Shown: one piece after another, positions 47,242 through 54,088 of the stretch | How positions within the stretch are numbered: position 1 is the first letter of the stretch | How the letters are laid out: each line of letters opens with the position of its first letter | DNA from: a virus | Taxonomy: Duplodnaviria; Caudoviricetes | Length of the DNA stretch: 54,088 bases | Direction: 5' to 3' (one strand) | Virus record (IMG/VR): IMGVR_UViG_3300023199_000101 | Span: 1-54,088 of that record | Position numbers and translations under genes: made by a program | Notes under the pieces: model-generated | The model's input: the letters and a program-made list of their open reading frames with translations, nothing else | Databases searched by the model: none | What the model was told of the DNA's origin: nothing

Positions 47242-47772
47242 TTTGTTGAGGCTGTCGTCTTCCGGATCTCGACCCTGCTGCTGATTCAGGAGGAGTTTCG
47301 AGTATTTAGCGATTTCTTTGTAAGCCTGGATAATTTCGGCCTGCATCTGGTGAATTTTTTCCTGGAGTTCTCGACGCTCTTCGTCGAACTTGTCGCGCAG
47401 CCTTTCTATGTCGGCTTCTCGCTGCTGTTTGAGGCGGATAATATCCATCTGCAGGTCAGATGATGTTGGGCTGTCGTCAACCATGTCTCGAATGTACTTG
47501 GGTTGCGCGGGGTCGTTGAGCCAGTCTGGATTTATTCCGCGCTCGATCAGGTAGCCGGAGAGGGCAAACATGATCGTCTTGCTAAATTTATCCTGGCGGT
47601 TCACCCACCGAGAGACGGTGGGCTGCGAAATCGGCTCGTACAGCTTTTCGGCGAAGTCGCCTTGGTTGGTGAATCCGAGTTCGCTAATAACCGACATTAA
47701 CCTGTCACCAGGCGTTCCCGGCGTAAAGGATAGTTTTTTCATTTTCGTGGTGCTTTCCCGTATTGTGATCAT
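47239..47772 (-). CDS. XRE/CI-like repressor with C-terminal coiled coil
   Basis: DRL...ISELG.TNQGDFAEKL...ISQPTVSRW, GINPDWL; divergent from the replication operon. Confidence 0.8.
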   Translation of the reverse strand: MITIRESTTKMKKLSFTPGTPGDRLMSVISELGFTNQGDFAEKLYEPISQPTVSRWVNRQDKFSKTIMFALSGYLIERGINPDWLNDPAQPKYIRDMVDDSPTSSDLQMDIIRLKQQREADIERLRDKFDEERRELQEKIHQMQAEIIQAYKEIAKYSKLLLNQQQGRDPEDDSLNK

Positions 47773-48064
47773 TCAATCACCTCCGTTTACCACGAAGTTA
47801 AGGCAAAAAAAATTCATTCGTAAATACGGAATCAAATTTTAAACATATAGGCAAACATACAATTATTTAAAATGCTGACTGTAAACAATTTTCAGGGTTT
47901 GGCACTGAAATCATATTCGGTACTGAATATTATTTCAATCTCGATTGGATAATTTGGATATTTTGCATACCTTAGTAACGCTTTCCCTATTTGCTGCCAG
48001 GGCAATACCCCCCGCCCGGCGGCTTTAGCGGAGTGCATTTTTTGTTCACAACAAACGCTATTGT

Positions 48065-49045
48065 ATGCACAAGCCTTCATACTACACGGTCACCCCTGCT
48101 CACATCAGGTATGACAAATCCCTTCCTCCTTTTGCACGTCTACTGTATGGTGAAATTACTGCGCTTGCGAACAAGCGAGGCTATTGTGATGCTAGCAACG
48201 GATGGCTGGCTAAGCAGTACGAAGTTACGCCTCAGGCAGTCAGTGGTTGGATTCGGCAGTTGGCTGAAAAGGGGCACTTGGTCTTAATCTATGAGGATGG
48301 CGAGTACGGGATGAAGTGCAGGAAAATATACCTTTCTGAAGCCTATCGGCAGGAGTTCGAACTATTAACAGACGTTTACCCCCCTAAACAACAGATTAAG
48401 GGGGGTATAAATAACGGATTAAGGGGGTATAAATGTACGATTAACCAGAATAATACAAGAGAGAATAATACAAGAGAGAATAAAGCGGACCTGTTTGAAA
48501 ACAGGCCCGACCCTGGACCGAAGCCAGTAAAAAAGAAGGTCGCTGACATGAGCGACAATGAGAAAATGAGCTACCGGCTGGAGAAAGCGAAAGCGAAATC
48601 CTACGAGCCTGACATTCGACGGGTAGTGGATTATTTCCGGAAAGCCTCAGGTAAGAATGTAGCCTACTCGACGAAGGACGCGCTGGACTACATGGTCAAG
48701 CGCATGAAAAAGGACGGCTACACTGCCGACGACTTGACTCTGGTGATTGACTACAAGGTTAAGCAGCTTGTGGATCGGCCTGAATACATCAACCTATCCA
48801 CCTTTTTCCGCGATAGCCTATTTGAGGGCAATCTGGAAAAGGCCCGAATGAATAACAGGAAAGCCGGACCATCGAAAGCATCTCCGGTACGAGACCCTAT
48901 TGAGGATGAACAAGTAAGGGCGTACAAGTCCATGATGGAGCGTGCCCGGCTGAAAGGATACGACCTGCAGGAAGCCGCCGCCTTTGCGCGAAAGCACCTC
49001 GGGCTGAATGATGATTTTTTCAACCAACAAACAACAAACGCATGA
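48065..49045 (+). CDS. Phage replication initiator (N-terminal wHTH, internal iterons)
   Basis: YY.V.PA.IRYD..L...A.LLYGEITAL....GYC.ASN..LA motif; GY..DDL..VID.K C-terminal domain. Confidence 0.88.
   Translation: MHKPSYYTVTPAHIRYDKSLPPFARLLYGEITALANKRGYCDASNGWLAKQYEVTPQAVSGWIRQLAEKGHLVLIYEDGEYGMKCRKIYLSEAYRQEFELLTDVYPPKQQIKGGINNGLRGYKCTINQNNTRENNTRENKADLFENRPDPGPKPVKKKVADMSDNEKMSYRLEKAKAKSYEPDIRRVVDYFRKASGKNVAYSTKDALDYMVKRMKKDGYTADDLTLVIDYKVKQLVDRPEYINLSTFFRDSLFEGNLEKARMNNRKAGPSKASPVRDPIEDEQVRAYKSMMERARLKGYDLQEAAAFARKHLGLNDDFFNQQTTNA
48374..48515. other. Probable origin of replication (iterons within the rep gene)
   Basis: GATTAAGGGGGTATAAAT units at 48394 (one extra G) and 48417, inverted GTTTACCCCC upstream, then AATAATACAAGAGAG x2; lambda O-like layout. 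Confidence 0.7.
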
Positions 49046-49431
49046 GTGCTACACAAGCTGCGCAATCACTGGAATCTATTCCTACTGACACCTGGCTGGA
49101 AATTCGAATAAACTTTTTGCCTGCCCGGCATGGGGTTATTGCTCGCAAGATCCGGAACGGCGATGCTCCGGAAGAGGTACTGGAGTACATGAGTAAGGTT
49201 GAAGCCGCGCAGGGCCGCGCCCTAGAGGCTGCTATTGCCGAGAGCGATAAGTCCCTTGGGCTGCTATTGAACCGCCGGTCGTTCTGGATCCGCGTCATAC
49301 GCAATTACCTGAAAGATCAGGGAGCAACACGAAAGGAAGCAATTCGGCAGCTACGTTCTTTCTCTTCGCTGGTGGGGCTGTACGGAGCTGAGAAAGTCGT
49401 TAACGAAGCTTTCAAAATCGTGTACCCATGA
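49042..49431 (+). CDS. Hypothetical protein
   Basis: ATGA coupling on both sides. Confidence 0.65.
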   Translation: MSATQAAQSLESIPTDTWLEIRINFLPARHGVIARKIRNGDAPEEVLEYMSKVEAAQGRALEAAIAESDKSLGLLLNRRSFWIRVIRNYLKDQGATRKEAIRQLRSFSSLVGLYGAEKVVNEAFKIVYP

Positions 49432-50822
49432 GCCAACGAAAAGACAGGAATATAATATGCCGGGGTATCCTGGGAACATTACTTATTCACCCGAAATGGT
49501 TTGCATCGGCCGCCGGGATGACCCCTGAAATGTTTCCGGAGGGAAACCTACAAGATGTAGCGAACCTGGTCTGGAAGAACGGCTTCGGCGCTACACTGGC
49601 TCTGGTGGCTGCTGAGGCTAACGAGGATCCGAGCTACCTGATGGAATACGCAGTGGAATCCTTAGACGACTTCGAGAAGCTGATTGAAGAAGGTAAGAAT
49701 CTGTACCTAGACGAATCCACGATAACGATAATGCAGCAGGCTACCCAGGCCGCCCTGTCGGGCGACGATGTGGAAATGTGCATTAATTACTTGACAGAAT
49801 CCAGGCGAGATTTAGTCGAGCGGGCGCGTATTGTTAAGCCGAGGGAAAAGCTAGTTGAGAACGTTAGCAATCGGATCGATCAATCCCGGTCCGGGGGGAT
49901 TCCAGGTATAAGCACCGGATACACTGATCTGGACAAAAAGGCCGGCGGCTGGTATGCTCCAGACCTGACAATAATCGGAGCGCGTCCGGCGATGGGGAAA
50001 ACTACGAACATGATCGAGTTGGCTGTCCGGGGCGCTAAGCAGGGCAAGGGCGTGGCGATTTTCTCCTATGAAATGTCGTCCGAGCAGATAGCTACCGTGG
50101 CTATTTGCCAGTTGGCCGGTGTTACGACGGAGAGCCTATACAAAGGCCTTCTTTTCCCTGATGAACTCGATGAGGTGGAAGCTTGGAAGGAGATATTCTT
50201 CAAATTACCTATAACGATCCGCGACCTAACCGAGGTGCGCAATACCCCTGCGAGTATGTGGACTGAGATTCAGCGCATCCGGATGGACCAGCGCGTGGAT
50301 CTCGTTTTCGTGGACTACCTGCAACTGATGAATGCGGACGGCGAACACGGCAATCGATCCGAGGAAGTTAGCCAGATAAGTCGTGCATTGAAACGCTACG
50401 CTGTGCAAGGTGATTTTCCGGTGATTGCCTTGGCTCAACTGAGCCGCGCAGTTGAAAATCGAGGCGGCGATCGGAAGCCTATCCTAGCCGACCTTCGGGA
50501 ATCCGGGTCTATTGAGCAAGATGCTGATAACGTCTATTTCCTATATCGCCCGGAAGTGTACGGCATTGAGGAAGACCTGGAAGGAAATAGCGTGAAGGGT
50601 GTAACGTACTGGGTTGGAGCCAAGCACCGGATGTTTGGCGGAAGTGTGGTTGGAGCTGAGTTTAAGCGCTTTTTCCGGCATGGACGCTTACTGGAAGAAT
50701 CTGAACTGACTTTCGATGACAAAGTAGACAAAATGAAGCGTGAAAAAAAGCACGAAAATATCATTAATCCAGCCGTGGTGAACGGCTACAAAGCAACAAG
50801 CGATGAGGACTTGCCATTCTAA
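49428..50822 (+). CDS. dnaB: DnaB-like replicative helicase
   Basis: GARPAMGKT, FSYEMS, VDYLQL, LAQLSR.VE.R, DLRESGSIEQDAD motifs. Confidence 0.95.
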   Translation: MSQRKDRNIICRGILGTLLIHPKWFASAAGMTPEMFPEGNLQDVANLVWKNGFGATLALVAAEANEDPSYLMEYAVESLDDFEKLIEEGKNLYLDESTITIMQQATQAALSGDDVEMCINYLTESRRDLVERARIVKPREKLVENVSNRIDQSRSGGIPGISTGYTDLDKKAGGWYAPDLTIIGARPAMGKTTNMIELAVRGAKQGKGVAIFSYEMSSEQIATVAICQLAGVTTESLYKGLLFPDELDEVEAWKEIFFKLPITIRDLTEVRNTPASMWTEIQRIRMDQRVDLVFVDYLQLMNADGEHGNRSEEVSQISRALKRYAVQGDFPVIALAQLSRAVENRGGDRKPILADLRESGSIEQDADNVYFLYRPEVYGIEEDLEGNSVKGVTYWVGAKHRMFGGSVVGAEFKRFFRHGRLLEESELTFDDKVDKMKREKKHENIINPAVVNGYKATSDEDLPF

Positions 50823-51048
50823 GCAAAAGAGCATTGCTAAGATAATCCTAGAAAATGCTGATGCTATTATTCATGAAGCTAACCGTACCGGCCTGAGCAG
50901 GGAAGAAGCGAATGAAGTGGATAAGGTGGATACTGCCCGTATCGTAATGGAGAACGCCCAGCCAAAGCGGGAAAAGGGAAGAAGCGGTAAAAATTATGCG
51001 AAAAATTATTCATTCTATACTATTTCCCGTATTTTTGAGTCGGAATGA
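50803..51048 (+). CDS. Hypothetical protein
   Basis: Overlaps the end of dnaB. Confidence 0.45.
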   Translation: MRTCHSKQKSIAKIILENADAIIHEANRTGLSREEANEVDKVDTARIVMENAQPKREKGRSGKNYAKNYSFYTISRIFESE

Positions 51049-51082
51049 ATAAGGTTCATAATTTTCACTAAAACAAAGAGTC

Positions 51083-51514
51083 ATGAACAAAGTCATTTTA
51101 ATCGGTCGCCTCGGTAAAGACCCTGAACTGCGCACTCTAGAATCCGGAGCATCGGTGGCCAACTTTTCTCTGGCTACCAATGAAAAGTACAAAGACCGAA
51201 ACGGTGAATACCAGGAGCGCACCGAATGGCATAATTGCACCGCATGGGGCAAGCGTGCTGAGGTGATTGAGAAGTACGTGCAAAAAGGCCAGCATCTGAT
51301 AGTCGAAGGAAAAATCAACACCGATAAATGGACAGACAGCGACGGGAATGAGCGTCGTTCAACCAAGATTGTGGTTACTAATTTTGAGTTTATCGGCGGG
51401 GCTTCTGCAAATGGATCTACCGTAAGCAGCGAGAAGAACTCGTACGTGGATGACACTGAAAAAAACCCTTTGGCGGGGGCGCGTCCAAAAGTGGATGAGG
51501 ATCTGCCATTCTAA
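51083..51514 (+). CDS. ssb: Single-stranded DNA-binding protein
   Basis: MNKVILIGRLGKDPE, TEWHN, C-terminal DLPF. Confidence 0.96.
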   Translation: MNKVILIGRLGKDPELRTLESGASVANFSLATNEKYKDRNGEYQERTEWHNCTAWGKRAEVIEKYVQKGQHLIVEGKINTDKWTDSDGNERRSTKIVVTNFEFIGGASANGSTVSSEKNSYVDDTEKNPLAGARPKVDEDLPF

Positions 51515-51599
51515 AGGGAATATGGTGAATGATGCATACAATTTTGAACGCCGGGGCTGGGGGAATTGCCCCGGTGTTTTTCACCACCAACAAAGAGCC

Positions 51600-51890
51600 A
51601 TGAAAGATACTGAAGGAATATACGTCGCCATCGATCCCGGTGCTGTTGCTAAGCAAATCGCCCTGGAGGTCGGCAAAGGTCTTGATCAGATTGTTTCTAC
51701 CCTAGCGCAAAGCCAAGGTGCTGAGCTACCAATTACCGCCGAAGTGCTGGCTGAGCGTACCGGCCTGAAAGTAGCGCACATTCACGATCTGCGCCGCAAA
51801 GGCAAAATCAGGAGTTATAAGCTGGGCGGCAAAGTGCTTTTCTATTTTTCCGAATTCAATTCTGACGTTCGTAAAAACCCTTGCCAATGA
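51600..51890 (+). CDS. Excisionase-like HTH protein
   Basis: LAERTGL....I..LRRKGKI.SYKLGGKVLF. Confidence 0.75.
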   Translation: MKDTEGIYVAIDPGAVAKQIALEVGKGLDQIVSTLAQSQGAELPITAEVLAERTGLKVAHIHDLRRKGKIRSYKLGGKVLFYFSEFNSDVRKNPCQ

Positions 51891-52021
51891 CGACTATGTT
51901 AGCAACAATAGGAATTTGGGCAATCCTTTCTGTTTTGTGTTTGTTTGCTGCCTGGACTGTCTATCGGATACAGCGTGGGGATGAAAAGTGTGATGAGCAG
52001 TAGTAACTGACGAGGGTATGA

Positions 52022-52065
52022 GTGAACTACCCATCCACGCCAGAGGCGATGGGTGGGTAGTTCAC
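52022..52065. repeat. Long inverted repeat at the boundary of the xis-primase block
   Basis: GTGAACTACCCATCCA...TGGGTGGGTAGTTCAC. Confidence 0.6.
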
Positions 52066-52086
52066 CGAACCAAAAAATAAAGATCA

Positions 52087-52374
52087 ATGCAAAATCCATT
52101 TGTGGCAATTGATAGCCGCCTCCGCATTATTGAGGACATGCTCATTGAGATGAAGCAGAGCGCACAGAGCCAACCGCAACCCGAACCTACCCCACCGGAT
52201 GACCCAGAGCGATTGGTGAGCAAAAAGGAAGCCGCCAGGCTGCTGAACTGTTCCCCCTCAACTATTGATAATGCAGCCAGAGCCGGGAAGCTCCAAAGGC
52301 ACTACCTGGGGAAAACTGTTCGCTTCCTTCGGAAAGAAGTTCTAGCCCTGGCCGAACCCGAAGCCGCCAAATAA
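52087..52374 (+). CDS. Second excisionase-like HTH protein (ICE/IME type)
   Basis: NPF..I..RL..IE.ML N-terminus; KEAARLL.CS.STI....GKL.....G..VRF. Confidence 0.8.
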   Translation: MQNPFVAIDSRLRIIEDMLIEMKQSAQSQPQPEPTPPDDPERLVSKKEAARLLNCSPSTIDNAARAGKLQRHYLGKTVRFLRKEVLALAEPEAAK

Positions 52375-52406
52375 CCAAATTTTTCAAGGCAAAAACTTGC
52401 GAAGCT

Positions 52407-52941
52407 ATGAACATTCAATCTATACCGAAGCCAGACGAAACTATTGAAGTACGAATTCCCGAAGGGGCCAGTTTGAATGGCCACCAGAACAACCTGGCCC
52501 ACCCGGTGCTGGAAAAACTGCTGGGCCTTATCGAGCCGGTGGACTTCAGGGAAAAGATGGGGCTGGAAGAAGACGAAAAGCCAAAGCAGAAGCACTACGT
52601 TGTCATGATAATTGACGAAGTGCTGGAAGTGGCCCGGAACAACCGCTTCGGGCTGGCTGTCCAGAACGACTTCATCTACATCTACGATGGTGTGTACTGG
52701 GCCAGCCTTGACCGCAACGAATTCAAATCCTTCCTGGGCCTGGCAGCGCAGGAAATGGGGCTTTCGGTTCTCGAAGCTAAGCACTACACCTTCCGGCATG
52801 AACTGTTCCAACAATTCCTTTCCGCAGGCAACCTGCCGGCCCTGTTCCAGCAAGAAATTCGGGAAGCGACTGAAGGCCTTGGGGTATGACCAGACAAAGC
52901 GAAATGTAGGGCAGGTAGTTTTCATCGAAAAGGTGACGTAA
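52407..52941 (+). pseudogene. P4-family primase/helicase remnant with large internal deletion
   Basis: N-terminus (KQKHYVV, IYIYDGVYW, AKHYTFR..LFQQF) is joined at ~52835, out of frame, to a C-terminal tail (KKFGKRLKALGY...RN.G.VV); no ATPase core. Confidence 0.6.
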
Positions 52942-52976
52942 GTGACGGCTAAAAAACTTTTTCTGAATCCCAGGCA

Positions 52977-53957
52977 ATGAAAAACAGCGTTCTAAATACC
53001 GAAGTTTCCTGCTTCCCCGACTATTACAGTCCGAACGACTGCGAGCCGGTGAATTTGCTGACCTTCCTACATTCGACCAAGTACCGCAAGCAGGTGGAAG
53101 CTATCCGGCAGCTGGAAGACAAGGCCGAACGCGACAGGCTGAAGGCCGGGCTACCTTGCATAACACCCAGCGGGCTGTTCACCCGCAGGGAAGCACCTGG
53201 ACTTGTGAAACATTCGGGGCTTATTCAGATTGATATTGATGGGAAGGAGAACCAGCACATAGGCAATTTTGCCCAGTTGAAGCAGGAAGTTGTGAAGCTC
53301 CCCGAAATTGCCTACTTCGGCCTTTCTGTATCCGGCAAGGGTTACTGGGGCCTGGTGCCGATAGCATACCCCCACCGGCACAAAGAACACTTCCGCGCCC
53401 TTCGGCAGGACTTCCTGCGATGGGGTATCCGCATCGACAGCAAGCCGGGCAACGTTGCCAGCCTGCGGGGCTATTCCTTCGACCCGGAAGCAACCTTTAA
53501 CCACCAGGCCCGAACCTACCGCAAGCTTTGGAAGCCAAAGCCCGGCCGTTACCGTGGCCAGTATAGCACCAATGGAGCCGGAAGGGAAGCCGAAAAGGTG
53601 GAAGCCTGCCTTCAGCTTATCGAAGCCGCCCGGCTGGATGTTACCGTCAGCTATGAAGACTGGTTTGGGATTGCCTGCGCCCTGGCCAACGAATTCGGGG
53701 AAGCAGGCCGGGCCTACTTCCACCGGGCAAGCCAGTTTCACCCGGCCTACAATGCCCAGGAAGCTGACCGGCAGTTTTCGGCCAGCCTGCGGGGCAATTA
53801 CACCTTCACCCTGGCCACCTTTTACCAGGTGTGCAGTCTTCACGGCATCACCTACCGGGAAGCCCTGCCAGCTGGCCAGGCCCAGGCCCAAACCAAGCCC
53901 CAGGAAGCCCCAGCGGGGCAAATACCGGACTTCTTTAGCTTCTACCTGAAACAGTGA
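52977..53957 (+). CDS. VirE-N (BT4734-like) + PriCT-2 primase-related protein
   Basis: K..LP.ITPSG.F, HSGLIQIDID, S.SGKG motifs; YEDWF.IA.AL..EFGE.GR..FH..S PriCT-2 motif. Confidence 0.8.
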   Translation: MKNSVLNTEVSCFPDYYSPNDCEPVNLLTFLHSTKYRKQVEAIRQLEDKAERDRLKAGLPCITPSGLFTRREAPGLVKHSGLIQIDIDGKENQHIGNFAQLKQEVVKLPEIAYFGLSVSGKGYWGLVPIAYPHRHKEHFRALRQDFLRWGIRIDSKPGNVASLRGYSFDPEATFNHQARTYRKLWKPKPGRYRGQYSTNGAGREAEKVEACLQLIEAARLDVTVSYEDWFGIACALANEFGEAGRAYFHRASQFHPAYNAQEADRQFSASLRGNYTFTLATFYQVCSLHGITYREALPAGQAQAQTKPQEAPAGQIPDFFSFYLKQ

Positions 53958-53968
53958 ACGAACTTCCA

Positions 53969-54088
53969 CCAGAAAAAAAACTTGACATTTTCTGAAAAAT
54001 AATTGTGCAAAACTTGACAATGTGTAAAGATTGGCTTATATTTGTATCATCAGTTAATCAAAAAAAAAAACACAATGAAAAATTGGAA
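53969..54088 (+). repeat. 5' part of duplicated mini-element (matches 31295-31412)
   Basis: CCAGAAAAAAAACTTGACATTTTC...ATGAAAAATTGGAA; differs only in an A-run (11 vs 9). Confidence 0.95.

Noticed and set aside
1-54088. Direct terminal repeats of a linear virion genome
   Set aside because: The two ends do not match each other; each matches a different end of the internal 31295-31779 element, typical of an assembly break at a repeat.

Overview
The window is a near-complete temperate tailed-phage genome of a Bacteroidota host. The host is inferred from TAnnTTTG -7 promoters, A-rich leaders and Bacteroidota-type integrase and VirE-N proteins. It appears to be the excised circular form: an intact attP (tRNA 5' fragment between arm-type repeats) lies upstream of a tyrosine integrase, and both contig ends break inside a ~485-bp element whose complete second copy is at 31295-31779. 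Core modules are integration, recombination (Sak/Rad52-like, RuvC-like), packaging and lysis on the minus strand, tail, head, tail fibre, repressor, and replication (Rep, DnaB, SSB). Unusual content: (1) an AT-rich array-less type IV-B CRISPR-Cas effector island (csf1, csf2 with an apparent Cas11-like domain inserted, an ibrA/ibrB deletion scar, cysH, csf3) ending in attC-like hairpins; (2) a circularly permuted, miniaturised tmRNA-like gene at ~115-355; (3) a non-coding, expanded copy of the Rep-gene iterons at the divergent packaging/tail promoter region; (4) a transposase-less duplicated promoter+HTH mini-element that splits a gene; (5) exact in-frame repeats in the tape measure and tail-fibre genes. 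All protein calls come from motif recognition by eye, not database searches. Some frameshifts may be homopolymer sequencing errors.
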